From the NCBI GenBank assembly GCA_044229975.1, contig JBGARZ010000017.1, forward strand, positions 64,001-128,000: a stretch of DNA of 64,000 nt, given 5' to 3'. Under the pieces are notes generated by a model. The model did not search any database. It had not been told where the DNA came from and saw only the letters and a program-made list of their open reading frames with translations. Made by a program: the position numbers and the translations under genes. The DNA is from Polyangiales bacterium. Its GTDB lineage: Bacteria > Myxococcota_A > Polyangia > Polyangiales > Ga0077539. Shown here piece by piece: positions 38,799 through 50,643 of this stretch. How positions within the stretch are numbered: position 1 is the first letter of the stretch; the number at the start of each line of letters is the position of its first letter.

Positions 38799-41187
38799 CC
38801 TGGGTCTTCTCCAGTTCGAGCACGGCGAGCGTGGTCTTCACGACGCTGTCGGGGTTGAGCGAGAGCGCGTCGATGCCGAGGCGCACCAGGAGGGCCGCGA
38901 CCTCCGGGTGGTCGGACGGCGCCTGGCCGCAGATGGCCGCCGGGCGCCCGTTGCGGTGGGCGCCCGCCACCGCCTGGCGCAGCAGCTCCAGCACGCCCGG
39001 GTCGCGCTCGTCGAACTCGAAGGCCACCAGCGCCGAGTCGCGGTCGACGCCCAGGGTGAGCTGCGTGAGGTCGTTGGAGCCGATGGAGATGCCGTCGAAG
39101 AGCCGACAGAAGGCGTCGATCTGGAGGACGTTGTTGGGGATCTCGCACATCACCAGCACCTTCAGCCCGCGCTCGCCGCGCACGAGCCCGTGCTTCGCCA
39201 TCTCGGCCAGCACCCGCTCGCCCTCGGCCACGCGGCGGCAGAAGGGGACCATCAGCTCCACGTTGCTCAGGCCCATGTCCTCGCGGACCCGGCGCATCGC
39301 GCGGCACTCCAGCGCGAACGCCTCGGCGTAGCTCGGGTGCGTGTAGCGCGACGCGCCCCGCAGGCCGATCATGGGGTTCTCTTCAACGGGCTCGAAGTCG
39401 CGGCCGCCCACGAGGCTCGCGTACTCGTTGGACTTGAAGTCCGACAGGCGCACCACCACGGGCTTCGGGTAGAACGCCGCCGCGAGGGTCCCGACGCCCT
39501 GCGCGAGCTGGTCGACGAAGTACTCCGCGCGGTCGGCGTAGCCCGCCGTGAGCCGGTCGAGCTCGGCACGCGCGGCCGGGTCGGTCACCCGCTCCGGGTG
39601 CAGCAGCGCCATCGGGTGCGCCGCGATGGTGTGGCTGATGATGAACTCCAGGCGCGCCAGCCCGACGCCGTCGTTGGGCAGCGCCGCGAGCGAGAACGCG
39701 CGGCCCGGGTCGCCGACGTTCATCAGGATGCGGGTGCGCGGCCGGGGCATCGATCCGATCTCGGTGCGCTCGACGTGGTGTGCGAGGCGCCCCTTGTAGA
39801 CCCTGCCCGCGTCACCGCCGGCGCAGGAGACCGTGACGTCCGTGCCGGTGGCGAGGCGGCGCGTGGCGTCGGCCGCGCCCACCACGGCGGGGATCCCGAG
39901 CTCCCGCGCGACGATGGCCGCGTGGCAGGTGCGGCCGCCGCGCTCGGTGACGATGGCCGCGGCGCGCTTCATCACCGGCTCCCAGTCGGGCGTCGTCGTG
40001 TCGGCCACAAGCACCTCGCCGTCGCGGAAGTCCGCGAGCTGCGAGGGGTCGCGCAGCACACGCACCGGCCCCGCGCCGATGCGGTCGCCCACGCTCACAC
40101 CGCTCGCCAGCACCGGCCCGGTGCCGTCGAGGACGTACCGTTCGACGACGTCGACCCGCCCGGAAGCGCGCACCGTCTCGGGCCGGGCCTGCACCACGAA
40201 GAGCTCGCCGGTGACTCCGTCGCGAGCCCACTCGATGTCCATGGGGGTGTCGCGGCCCGCGCGCCCGGTGTAGTGGCGCTCGATCGCCACGGCGGTGCGG
40301 GCGAGGGCGAGCACCTCGTCGTCGGTGAGGCAGAAGCGGGCGCGCTCCTCGGCGGGCACGGCGAGGTTGCGCGTGGCGGGACCCGCCGGGTCGTCGCCGT
40401 ACACCATGCGCAGATGCTTGCCCCCGAGTCGCCGCCGCAGGATGGGGCGCGGCGCGGAGTCGAGGGTGGGCTTGAAGACGTAGAACTCGTCGGGATCGAC
40501 GGCGCCCTGCACGACGTTCTCGCCGAGGCCGAAGGCGGCGTTGAGGAGCACCACGTCGCGGAAGCCGGTCTCGGTGTCGAGGGTGAACATCACGCCGCTC
40601 GACCCGAGGTCGGAGCGCACCATGCGCTGCACGCCGATGGAGAGCGCGACCCGCAGGTGGTCGAAGCCCTGGTCGATGCGGTAGGCGATGGCGCGCTCGG
40701 TGAAGAGACTCGCGAAGCAGCGGCGGCAGGCCGCGCGCAGCGCATCGAGTCCGCTGACGTGGAGGAAGCTCTCCTGCTGGCCCGCGAAGGAGGCGCCGGG
40801 GAGGTCCTCCGCCGTGGCCGAGGAGCGCACCGCCACCGAGTCGGCGCCCTCGCGCGTGAGGCGCTCGTACGCGTCAACGATCTCCGCCCAGAGGTCCGCG
40901 GGGAGCTCGGCCGACTCGATGAGCGCGCGGGCGGCCGTGGCGCGGCGCGCGAGGTCGGCGGTGTTGTTCTTGTCGACGCCGGCCATCAGGTCGGACAGCG
41001 GGGCGCGCAGCTTCGCATCGTCGAGTACGCGCCAGTAGGCCTCGGCCGTGACCGCGAAGCCGGGTGGAACCTTCACGCCGAGCGGACGGAGCGAGCGCCA
41101 CAGCTCGCCGAGCGACGCGTTCTTGCCGCCGACGAGCGGAAGGTCGGCGAGGGTGAGCTCTTCGAAGCGGCGGATGTAGCGGTCCAT
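38782..41187 (-). CDS. ppsA: Phosphoenolpyruvate synthase
   Basis: GGKNASLGE, VRSSATAEDL..ASFAGQ, GGRTCHAAI, ENPM.G.RG, SIGSNDLTQL, ICGQAPSD. Confidence 0.96.
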   Translation of the reverse strand: MDRYIRRFEELTLADLPLVGGKNASLGELWRSLRPLGVKVPPGFAVTAEAYWRVLDDAKLRAPLSDLMAGVDKNNTADLARRATAARALIESAELPADLWAEIVDAYERLTREGADSVAVRSSATAEDLPGASFAGQQESFLHVSGLDALRAACRRCFASLFTERAIAYRIDQGFDHLRVALSIGVQRMVRSDLGSSGVMFTLDTETGFRDVVLLNAAFGLGENVVQGAVDPDEFYVFKPTLDSAPRPILRRRLGGKHLRMVYGDDPAGPATRNLAVPAEERARFCLTDDEVLALARTAVAIERHYTGRAGRDTPMDIEWARDGVTGELFVVQARPETVRASGRVDVVERYVLDGTGPVLASGVSVGDRIGAGPVRVLRDPSQLADFRDGEVLVADTTTPDWEPVMKRAAAIVTERGGRTCHAAIVARELGIPAVVGAADATRRLATGTDVTVSCAGGDAGRVYKGRLAHHVERTEIGSMPRPRTRILMNVGDPGRAFSLAALPNDGVGLARLEFIISHTIAAHPMALLHPERVTDPAARAELDRLTAGYADRAEYFVDQLAQGVGTLAAAFYPKPVVVRLSDFKSNEYASLVGGRDFEPVEENPMIGLRGASRYTHPSYAEAFALECRAMRRVREDMGLSNVELMVPFCRRVAEGERVLAEMAKHGLVRGERGLKVLVMCEIPNNVLQIDAFCRLFDGISIGSNDLTQLTLGVDRDSALVAFEFDERDPGVLELLRQAVAGAHRNGRPAAICGQAPSDHPEVAALLVRLGIDALSLNPDSVVKTTLAVLELEKTQVETHR

Positions 41188-41200
41188 GACCCACCCCGAC

Positions 41201-41216
41201 TGCACCGCACGCGCCA
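41201..41216 (-). promoter_or_regulatory. sigma54 promoter of ppsA
   Basis: Minus strand TGGCGCGTGCGGTGCA. Confidence 0.6.
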
Positions 41217-41259
41217 CCGCTCACGCGGACCGTGAGCGCGGTGATGGACCCGAATGTCG

Positions 41260-41294
41260 GCGCAGCTTCTGCGCCTCCCGGGCAAACCGTTCGC
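41260..41294. promoter_or_regulatory. Tandem GCGCA-N5-TGCGC sites
   Basis: Perfect GCGCAgcttcTGCGC (41260) and GGGCAaaccgTTCGC (41280). Confidence 0.68.
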
Positions 41295-41348
41295 CGACCG
41301 TACGATCGACGATGGGTAGTCGACGGCGGCGACGGGGCCGCCTCGTGG

Positions 41349-41364
41349 CGGCACATGCCGTGCT
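41349..41364 (+). promoter_or_regulatory. sigma54 promoter of BON-USP
   Basis: CGGCACATGCCGTGCT. Confidence 0.6.
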
Positions 41365-41404
41365 CATGCACCCACGTACGAGGACGATGATGGAGACCCA
41401 CGGG

Positions 41405-42061
41405 ATGAGGACGGACGGCCAGATCCAGGCAGACGTGATGAGTGAGCTCGCGGCCGACACGAGGGTCCGCGCGACGGACATCGGGGTGACGGTGGAGGGC
41501 GGCGTGGTGACGCTGATCGGCGCGGTCGACTACTGGGCGCGGCGGCACGCGGCGCAGCAGGCGGCGCACCGGGTCGCGGGGGTGAGGGACGTCGCCAACG
41601 ACATCCAGGTGCGGGTGCCGGGCTCCCTCCAGCGCACCGACGCGGACATCGCCAGGGCGGTGCGCCGCGCGTTGGAGTGGGACGCCCGGGTGCCCGACGA
41701 GCGTATCCGCTGCACGGTGTCCAACGGCGACGTCTGTCTGGAGGGGGCCGTGGAGTACTGGAGCCAGCGCGAGGACACCGAGGACGCCGTGCGCAACCTC
41801 GCGGGCGTGAGGAGCGTGAACAACGCACTCGCGATCGACCCCCCGAGCGTTACGCCGGAGGAGGTCCGCCGCGCCATCGCCGACGCCCTGGAGCGTCGCG
41901 TGAGCCGCGAAGGCGAGGGCGTCGAGATCACCCTCGAGAACGGTCGCGTCACGCTCGCCGGGGTCGTTCGCACCTGGGACGAGCGCGCGGCGGTCCTGGG
42001 CGCGGCGGGCGCGCTGCCGGGCGTCCGCGGCGTCACCGATCGCCTTCGCCTCGCACGCTGA
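41405..42061 (+). CDS. Triple BON-domain (OsmY-like) protein
   Basis: Three repeats of V.L.G.V....GV..V.N/D; no signal peptide. Confidence 0.88.
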   Translation: MRTDGQIQADVMSELAADTRVRATDIGVTVEGGVVTLIGAVDYWARRHAAQQAAHRVAGVRDVANDIQVRVPGSLQRTDADIARAVRRALEWDARVPDERIRCTVSNGDVCLEGAVEYWSQREDTEDAVRNLAGVRSVNNALAIDPPSVTPEEVRRAIADALERRVSREGEGVEITLENGRVTLAGVVRTWDERAAVLGAAGALPGVRGVTDRLRLAR

Positions 42062-42076
42062 ACCAAAGGAGACACC

Positions 42077-42508
42077 ATGATCGAACCATTCAAGAAGGTC
42101 CTCGTCGGGACCGATTTCAGCGAGGCGGCGGGTCGGGCCGTGGAGCGCGCGGTGGACGTCGCCGCCCGCTACGGCGCAAAGCTTCACCTTGTTCACGCGT
42201 GGGACTACCCCGCCGTCGCCTACGCCGCGATGGGCACCACGATGATCGACATCCTGCCCTTCGAGCAGGCGGCGCGGGAGAAGCTCGACGCGCTCGTGGC
42301 CTCCCTCGCGGACCGCGGCGTCACCGTTGAAGCAAGCCTCTGCCGCGGCGTCGCGTGGGACCAGATCGTCTCACTCGTCGATCAGGTCGCGGCCGACCTT
42401 CTGGTGGTCGGCACGCACGGCCGCACCGGCCTCAAGCGCGCGATGCTCGGCAGCGTGGCCGAGCGGGTGGTGCGTCACGCGACGGTGCCTGTGCTCACGG
42501 TGCACTGA
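42077..42508 (+). CDS. Universal stress protein
   Basis: Close paralog of 29431; AAGGAG RBS. Confidence 0.93.
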   Translation: MIEPFKKVLVGTDFSEAAGRAVERAVDVAARYGAKLHLVHAWDYPAVAYAAMGTTMIDILPFEQAAREKLDALVASLADRGVTVEASLCRGVAWDQIVSLVDQVAADLLVVGTHGRTGLKRAMLGSVAERVVRHATVPVLTVH

Positions 42509-42568
42509 AACGGAGGGACCCAGGTCAAGCGGTGTTCCGACGAGCGGCCCGCGTGCGATGGAGGATCC

Positions 42569-43222
42569 TCACGCCTCGACGTCTGCACCCACGGTAGTCC
42601 CCGCACGGGCGACGGCGGCGAGGATCGCCGCGGCCGCGGCCGCCAACCACAGACCACCCAGCCCGACGAAGCGGTGGGCGAGTGCGCCCGCTGCGGCTCC
42701 CGTCACGAGGCCGCCCCAGAGCAGGAGGTAGGGTAGCCAGGCCGTGCGGCTACCGCCCATGAGCGCGGCGGCGAGGCGCTGGCCGAGCTTCACCAGCGAG
42801 CCCGTCATGTACGTCACGCCGATGCTCACCTCTCCCTCGCGCTGGAAGACGGTGTTCTCTGCGCCCATGGCGAGCGCCATCGCGGCGGCCGCCGGGCGCG
42901 CCGACCCGCGCGCACCCAGCGCCGCCGCGGCCGCCAGCAACCCTGCGACGAGCAGGAGCACCGCCGCGCGCTGCCGTCGTCCCGCGGCGCGTCCGACGAG
43001 GGAGCCAGCCACCACACCGAGCACGAAGGTGCCGATCAACGCGGTGGCCTCCACCCCTGCTCGGCTACCCTGGGTGAAGCCCACGCCGGCGCGGGTGGAG
43101 TTTCCGCTCATGAAGCTCACGAAGAAGCCGCCGAGCGACAGGAAGCCCAGGGAGTCGACGTAACCCGCCAGCGTCGAGAGGCAGGCGGCGAGCAAGCGGT
43201 CGCGTCGGTCGGTGCGAGTCAT
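42569..43222 (-). CDS. YoaK/DUF1275 family membrane protein
   Basis: AGYVD, FVSFMSGNST, AMGAEN, TYMTG. Confidence 0.85.
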   Translation of the reverse strand: MTRTDRRDRLLAACLSTLAGYVDSLGFLSLGGFFVSFMSGNSTRAGVGFTQGSRAGVEATALIGTFVLGVVAGSLVGRAAGRRQRAAVLLLVAGLLAAAAALGARGSARPAAAAMALAMGAENTVFQREGEVSIGVTYMTGSLVKLGQRLAAALMGGSRTAWLPYLLLWGGLVTGAAAGALAHRFVGLGGLWLAAAAAAILAAVARAGTTVGADVEA

Positions 43223-43247
43223 GCGGGAGGAATACCGCCGTCCACGG

Positions 43248-44723
43248 TCAAGGGTGGTCGCCGAGGCGCGATCCCGTCGCGCGACCCGGATGCGTGCGGA
43301 GTCGGGCCGCAGCCTCCGCCCGCTCCTTCACGCCGAGCAGCATCCGGCGATCCATCGCGAACCCCACTGGCTCCATGAAGGTCGGACCCATCGCGACGAG
43401 CGTCGCCAGGTCGTCCGAGCAGTCGCATCGGTAGCGGCTCACGAAGCGGCAGCGCGCGTCCCCGAGCGGCTCCAGCTGGAACAACCACGACACGCGAACC
43501 CACGGCCGACCGTCCGCCATCGCCGCTTCATCGGGCCGCGCGACGGCCAGCAGGTGGTGCTCGGGCCGCAGGGACTCGACCCGCATCGGCGGCATCTTCG
43601 GGTGCAGCACGAGGCCGTCGCCGAGCCGGTGCGCCTCCGAGAGGTGGATCGACTCGGCGTTGTGGACCCCGCAGCCCGCGAGATTCTCCAGCGCCTGGTA
43701 GCTGTAGAACCCACCCCGGTCGGCGCCCACCTGGACCACCCAGGGCCACACCTCGCTCGCGCTCGCATCGATCTCGACGCCGTGGGTCCACGACCAGCGC
43801 GGTACGGGCACGACGTCGTCGCCCGGCCGCGGCGCGTCGGCGTCCTCCGCGTCGAGCCCCCAGTGACTGCGCGGCCCCCGCAGGAAGGGCGTCAGCAGCG
43901 CGAAGAGCATGGTCGCCGCGCCCTCGACGGCCTCGACCGCGTCGCCCCAGTTGCTCGAGCCCAGGCGCCCCTCAGCGCGGGCGGCGAGGTGGCGGAGCTG
44001 CACGGCCTGCATGAGGTGGTGCACCGGTCGGATCCACGCGGCGTGGAGAGCTTCCTCCGGCGGCCACCACGCGCGTGCCCGCGCCAGCAGTCGAGTGCTG
44101 TTCGCGTCGAGGGGCTCCAGGACGAAGCTCCAGGTGACGTGCCAGCTCCGAAGCGGCCGTGCGGACGCGAAGGGCAGCTGCCCTCCTGCCTCCAGGTCGT
44201 AGAGCCCGCCCAGCACCAGCGCGCGCGACGGCACAAGGCGGAGGACCTCGAAGCCGTCGTCGCCGTTGGGCGTCGCGGGGAGCACGTCGCCGACCGCGAG
44301 GTCCTGGAGTTCGGCGTGGACCTCCCGGGCGCTCGGGGGCGCGCCGTTGTCGAGCAGGTCCACGCTGTAGAAGCCGCCGCGGCGGCAGCCCATCTGCACC
44401 AGCCAGGGCCAGATGGCGTCCGGGGTGGCCGCGACGGTGATCCCCTTGGTGATCTGCGCGAGCGCCCCCGGGAGGAACTGGTCCCCTTCGAGGGCGCGGT
44501 CGTTCTCGTGGGCGTCCGGTGCGCCGAGGTCGCGCTCGATCCCCGCGAGCACGGCGTGACGGATGAAGTGGGACCCCGGGCCGATGAGCCGGTAGTAGCG
44601 GCGCACCTGCTCCCAGGCGTCGTCGGTCGTGGCGTCGACGCGGACCTCGAACTCGACGCGGGCGCCCCGTTCGCCGCGCGGCAGGACGCGCACCGCCCAC
44701 GCCACGCGCGCGTAGCCCGGCTC
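43248..44723 (-). pseudogene. 5'-truncated multi-domain SRPBCC-like protein
   Basis: Two repeats of I.A....WPW.VQ.G..RGGFYS. The frame begins mid-domain (EPGYARVAW) at the stop of the upstream gene. Confidence 0.6.
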
Positions 44724-45909
44724 ACCGCGAGCCCCCGGTCACGAACACCGTGAGCGCCCCGGCGCCAATGAACGTGAGCGTCGCCGCGAGCGAGCGGGTC
44801 GAGAAGCGCGAGAGGCCGCACACGCCGTGGCCCGAGGTGCAGCCGCTACCCAGCCGCGTGCCGACGCCGACGAGCAGGCCCGCCGCGATCGCCGTGCCCG
44901 CGCCGACGCCTGCACTCGTGAAGGCGCCCGGGAGCGCGACGAGGGCTACGACGCCTCCACCGAGCAGTTCGGCGACGAACAGGGCGCGCCACCCGACGTC
45001 GCCCCGGGTCGGATGCACGACGCCGCCGACGATGCCCGACACGCCCAGGATGCGCCCGTTGAACCCGAGCAGGAGCGAGGCGCTGAGGCCGGTGAGCGCC
45101 CCTCCGGCGAGCGCGCGAACCCAGTCTGGATGAAGCAGCGACAAGAGGTCCCTCCCGAGAGGCGTTGAAGTGATCTGGCGACCGAGCGTGAAGAGCGCGA
45201 CGAGCAGCACGAAGGCGCCGAAACCCGCGCGCAGGGATGCCAGGGACACCCGCCGCGAGAGGCGCGTGCCGACGAGGCTCCCCCCGATGGCGGCGGCGGT
45301 GACGGCGGCGATGAGCGCCCAGGGGAGACCGCCCTCACCGGCGTGGCCCGCGAACCCTGCGAACGACTGCAACGCGATGACGAAGAGCGACGTGGCGACG
45401 GCCGTCTCCATGGTGAGGCCTCCGAGCAGCGCCAGCGCCGGGACGATCACGAAGCCGCCGCCGGCGCCCACGAGCCCCGAGATGAGCCCCACCGCCGCGC
45501 CCAGCGCGAGCATGCGGCCCGTGCGCGCCGGAGCATCGGAGGGGCCGACCGGGGCGTCGCGCCGCGGCCTCATCATCGACACCGCCGTGATCAGCATGAG
45601 CGCGGTGAACCCCACCAGCAGGACAGGGCCGGGGATGAGCCGCGCGAGGCACCCCCCGAGGAACGCGCCGACCATGCCCGCGCCGCCGAACACGGCGCCC
45701 ACGCGCCAGCGCACGAGGCCCGCCCGTGCCCTCGGGATGAGCGCCGCGACGCTGGTCGCCCCGACGACGAGCAGCGACGACGCGATCGCCCGGCGCGGGT
45801 CGAGGCCAGCGGCATAGACGAGCACCGGCACCGCGAGGATCGACCCCCCGCCGCCGAGCAGGCCCAGCGAGACGCCGATGAGCACCGCGAGGGCGACCGC
45901 GAGCGCCAC
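44722..45909 (-). CDS. TauE/SafE (TSUP) exporter fused to a YeeE/YedE sulfur-transport domain
   Basis: GLLGGGGSILAVP and GAGGGFVIVP (TSUP); NGRI.GVSG and GTRLGSGCTSGHGVCG (YeeE). Confidence 0.85.
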   Translation of the reverse strand: MALAVALAVLIGVSLGLLGGGGSILAVPVLVYAAGLDPRRAIASSLLVVGATSVAALIPRARAGLVRWRVGAVFGGAGMVGAFLGGCLARLIPGPVLLVGFTALMLITAVSMMRPRRDAPVGPSDAPARTGRMLALGAAVGLISGLVGAGGGFVIVPALALLGGLTMETAVATSLFVIALQSFAGFAGHAGEGGLPWALIAAVTAAAIGGSLVGTRLSRRVSLASLRAGFGAFVLLVALFTLGRQITSTPLGRDLLSLLHPDWVRALAGGALTGLSASLLLGFNGRILGVSGIVGGVVHPTRGDVGWRALFVAELLGGGVVALVALPGAFTSAGVGAGTAIAAGLLVGVGTRLGSGCTSGHGVCGLSRFSTRSLAATLTFIGAGALTVFVTGGSR

Positions 45910-45913
45910 GGCC

Positions 45914-46276
45914 CTACCGCCCCGCCCGCGCGCCCGGGAGGCCGGCAGCGTTGTAGGCGACCATGCCGCCTTCCAGGTTGATCACGCGCTGGAAGCCCTG
46001 GCGCACGAGCGCGAGCGCGGCGCGGCCCGATCGTGCGCCGGAGCGGCACACCATCATCAGGAGGGCGCCGCGATCCCAGGCCGACGCGGCGCCTTCGAGG
46101 GTGGCAAGCGGGACCAGCTCGGCGCCCGGGATGTGCCCGAGCTCGGCGTCGAACTCGCCCGGCTCTCGCACGTCGACGAGGCGCGCCCCGGCAGGCACGG
46201 CGCCGAGGTCGGCGGGGGCGAGAACGCGGTAGCCGTCCGGGTGCAGACGTGCGCGAGCGAAACGGTCCGTGTCCAT
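45914..46276 (-). CDS. Single-domain rhodanese
   Basis: LVDVREPGEF, GHIPGA, CRSGARS, LEGGM. Confidence 0.92.
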   Translation of the reverse strand: MDTDRFARARLHPDGYRVLAPADLGAVPAGARLVDVREPGEFDAELGHIPGAELVPLATLEGAASAWDRGALLMMVCRSGARSGRAALALVRQGFQRVINLEGGMVAYNAAGLPGARAGR

Positions 46277-46329
46277 GGTCGGGTCTCTCCTTCGGGGTGA
46301 TGGGTCGGGTCCTGCGAGAGGGAGCGAGC

Positions 46330-47055
46330 TCAGCTCGACACGCCCTGGACGGGCGCCAGAGACCTTTGGGTGTTGCGCGGCTCGCCGCACGCCTGGTTCG
46401 CGGGCACGGCCTCCTGGATCCTCCGGGGCGCGGGCACCTTGAGCGCCTGCATGGTGCGGATGAACTCGGCGCGGCTCTTCCCCGCGAGGCGCGGGTTGAA
46501 GCGCCGCTCCTCACCGATGGTCGTCATGCCGTGGCCCTTGTAGTCGTGGGCGGGGTAAACGAGCGTCTCGTCGGGGAGCGCGAAGAGCACCCGGGTGATG
46601 GAGTCGTAGAGGGCGCCCGCGTCGCCGTTCTGGAAGTCGGTGCGACCGTTGCCGCGCACGAGCATCGCGTCGCCCGTGAAGACGCGGTCGCCCACGAGGT
46701 AGCTCACGCTCTCGTCGGTGTGCCCCGGCGTCGCCAGGACTCGCACCACGAGCGAGCCGAGGCGGATCTCGTCGTCATGCTGGACGTGGAGGTCGGCGCA
46801 CGGCGCGGCGGCGCCCCCAACAACGGTCTTCGCCTGCGTTCGCTCGCGCAGCTCCCCCGCGCCCGTGACGTGGTCGGCGTGGACGTGGGTGTCGAGCACG
46901 TAGACGAGGCGCAGACCGAGCTCCTCGATCAGCTTGAGATCGCGATCCACCTGCTCGCGCACGGCGTCGATGAGCAGCGCCTCGCGGGTCACCGGGTCGG
47001 CGACGAGATAGGTGTAGGTCGAGCTGTCGGCGTCGAAGAGCTGACGGAAGATCAT
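46330..47055 (-). CDS. Persulfide dioxygenase, ETHE1-like
   Basis: FRQLFD..SSTYTYL, THVHADH, TPGHT, GRTDFQ, YPAHDYKG, EERRFNPRL. Confidence 0.9.
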   Translation of the reverse strand: MIFRQLFDADSSTYTYLVADPVTREALLIDAVREQVDRDLKLIEELGLRLVYVLDTHVHADHVTGAGELRERTQAKTVVGGAAAPCADLHVQHDDEIRLGSLVVRVLATPGHTDESVSYLVGDRVFTGDAMLVRGNGRTDFQNGDAGALYDSITRVLFALPDETLVYPAHDYKGHGMTTIGEERRFNPRLAGKSRAEFIRTMQALKVPAPRRIQEAVPANQACGEPRNTQRSLAPVQGVSS

Positions 47056-47085
47056 GGCGGCGTTCCTCTGTGCCTCGGAGGGCAT

Positions 47086-47101
47086 AGCGAGGCGCATGCC
47101 G
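47086..47101 (-). promoter_or_regulatory. sigma54 promoter of the pdo-rhodanese-transporter operon
   Basis: Minus strand CGGCATGCGCCTCGCT. Confidence 0.6.
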
Positions 47102-47189
47102 GAGCCTGGAGCCGCGCCGACGCGTCGCGGATTCCTGCGCCCGACGCGATAGGAGTGGTCCCGGACGGGGGGCGGTCACGGCGGCGCGA

Positions 47190-47236
47190 CGAAACGCTTC
47201 GCAACGCGCCGTGAAACACGTTCGCGACCTTGCAAC
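47190..47236 (+). repeat. Four YG(A/C)AAC direct repeats, candidate activator sites
   Basis: CGAAAC 47190, CGCAAC 47200, TGAAAC 47212, TGCAAC 47231. Confidence 0.5.
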
Positions 47237-47351
47237 AGCGTCGCCGCGACTCATCCGGCGCGGCACGGCCCGGGGCGGGTGGCGGCACGGCGCCCGCGTT
47301 GGTGACAGGCACGGCCGCGCAAGGCGGTCGGACAACAGGACGAGGCGGATC

Positions 47352-47756
47352 ATGATGGATTGGAACGTGCCCTACGGCATCGCGCGTCGGCTCGCGGGTG
47401 TCTCCCTGGACGAGGCGCGGGCCCGTGTCACCGAGGCGCTGAAGCGGGAGGGCTTCGGCGTGCTCACCGAGATCGACCTGCGGGCGACGCTCAAGAAGAA
47501 GCTCGACGTCGACACCGCGCCCTACCTCATCCTCGGCGCCTGCAACCCGCAGCTCGCGCACCGCGCGATCGGGATGGAGCCCGCCATCGGGCTGCTGCTT
47601 CCGTGCAACGTCATCGTCGCGCAGGACGGCGGCGACACCGTCATCGCGGCGGCCTCGCCCACGGCGATGTTCTCCGTCGTCGAGCGGAAGGACGTCCTGT
47701 CGACCGTCGCGGTCGACGCCGAGGCGCGCCTGCGCAGGGCCATCGAGACCGCCTGA
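47352..47756 (+). CDS. DUF302 family protein
   Basis: EGFGVLTEID, Y.ILGACNP..AH, IGLLLPCNV. Confidence 0.9.
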   Translation: MMDWNVPYGIARRLAGVSLDEARARVTEALKREGFGVLTEIDLRATLKKKLDVDTAPYLILGACNPQLAHRAIGMEPAIGLLLPCNVIVAQDGGDTVIAAASPTAMFSVVERKDVLSTVAVDAEARLRRAIETA

Positions 47757-47801
47757 AAGCCCACGACGGCTTCGCCAGCACCCAGCAAGGAGACCGCATC
47801 G

Positions 47802-48599
47802 ATGCCGCCGTCACCCTTCGCCCTCCTCGCGGTCCTGCCGTACATCACGGTGCCCGATCGCCTGGGGCCGATTCACCCCTTCGGCATCCTCGTCGCGATC
47901 GGGGTCGCGGTCGGCTTCCGGCTCGCCTCGCAGCGAGCGCGCACGCTCGGCCACGACATGGCGCGCTTCGACAGCCACGTCACGTGGACGGTCGCGACGG
48001 GCTTCGTCCTGAGCCACGTCCTCGACACCGTCTTCTACCACCCCGATCTCCTGCTGCGGCAGCCGTGGGAGATCGTCATGCTCCACCACGGGCTGTCGTC
48101 CTTCGGGGGCTTCGTCGGGGGCGTGCTGGGCTTCGTCGCCTACGGCCGCCGCCACCGCCTGGACCTCTGGCGGAGCGCGGACGCGATCGCGTTCGGCCTG
48201 CCCACGGGCTGGCTCTTCGGCCGGATGGGTTGCGCGACGGTCCACGACCACCCCGGCGCGCGCTCCTGGAGCCCGCTCGCGGTGGACTGGCCCGGCGGCC
48301 CGCGCTTCGACCTCGGGCTGCTCGAGCTCCTGCTGGTGCCGGTCCTCATCGCGGGCGTGGCCCTCGTCGCGCGCCGCACGACGCGGCCGGGCTCCCTCAT
48401 CACCGCCCTCGCGCTCCTGTACCCGCCGATCCGCTTCCCGCTCGACTTCCTCCGTGCGTCGGCGGCGGAGGGCGGCGACGTCCGGTACCTGGGTCTCACG
48501 TCCGGCCAGTACGCTTCCATGGGGCTCTTCGCCATCGGAGTCGGGCTCCTGCTTCGGCGTCCGGCGCCGACGGAGGGCGCTCGTGGGCACGCCCCATGA
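47802..48599 (+). CDS. Prolipoprotein diacylglyceryl transferase-like protein
   Basis: GLSSFGG, GRMGC...DHPG, RFPLDFLR, LTSGQY. Confidence 0.8.
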   Translation: MPPSPFALLAVLPYITVPDRLGPIHPFGILVAIGVAVGFRLASQRARTLGHDMARFDSHVTWTVATGFVLSHVLDTVFYHPDLLLRQPWEIVMLHHGLSSFGGFVGGVLGFVAYGRRHRLDLWRSADAIAFGLPTGWLFGRMGCATVHDHPGARSWSPLAVDWPGGPRFDLGLLELLLVPVLIAGVALVARRTTRPGSLITALALLYPPIRFPLDFLRASAAEGGDVRYLGLTSGQYASMGLFAIGVGLLLRRPAPTEGARGHAP

Positions 48600-48694
48600 A
48601 TAGAACACGGGGTTGAGCAATCCGGGACCGTCGGTCCGCCGTCCGGCGGGCCGATCGGCGTCGCAGAACACCGCCTCAGCACGGAGACACGCCC

Positions 48695-49156
48695 ATGAAC
48701 ATCGGCATCAACGACAACGACCGCGCCGCCATCGTCGAGCACCTGAGCCGGGTGCTCGCGGACACGTACACGCTCTACCTGAAGACCCACAACTTCCACT
48801 GGAACGTGACGGGTCCACGCTTCAACGACCTGCACGCCATGTTCATGGGGCAGTACACGATGATGTGGAACGCCGTGGACCTCGTGGCCGAGCGCATCCG
48901 ATCGCTCGCGGCGCCGGCCCCGGGCAGCTACCGCGACTTCGCTAGGCTCACGGTCATCGCCGAGGCCGAAGGCGTGCCGAAGGCCCACGACATGGTGCGG
49001 CAGCTCGTGGACGGCCACGAGGCGGTCTGCCGAACCGCGCGCGCGGCCTTCCCCGTTGCCGAGACCGCCGGCGATCAGGTGACGATGGACCTGCTCACCC
49101 AGCGCCTTGAGTTTCACGAGAAGACGGCGTGGATGCTCCGCAGCCTGCTCGAGTAG
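48695..49156 (+). CDS. dps: Dps ferritin-like protein
   Basis: [28 protein letters not shown]. Confidence 0.95.
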   Translation: MNIGINDNDRAAIVEHLSRVLADTYTLYLKTHNFHWNVTGPRFNDLHAMFMGQYTMMWNAVDLVAERIRSLAAPAPGSYRDFARLTVIAEAEGVPKAHDMVRQLVDGHEAVCRTARAAFPVAETAGDQVTMDLLTQRLEFHEKTAWMLRSLLE

Positions 49157-49190
49157 GGCCGAGCCGGCCTGCTCACCTTCGCCGGGGCAC

Positions 49191-50540
<1,350 letters not shown>

Positions 50541-50643
50541 CGGGTTGTCTCGGGGTGCGTTGCGGAGGCGGTCTGAAACGGTTCACTCCCTATACCGCAG
50601 CGGCCTTCGACGCATTGCCTCTTCCGCCGGGGAGGGGAGGAGC

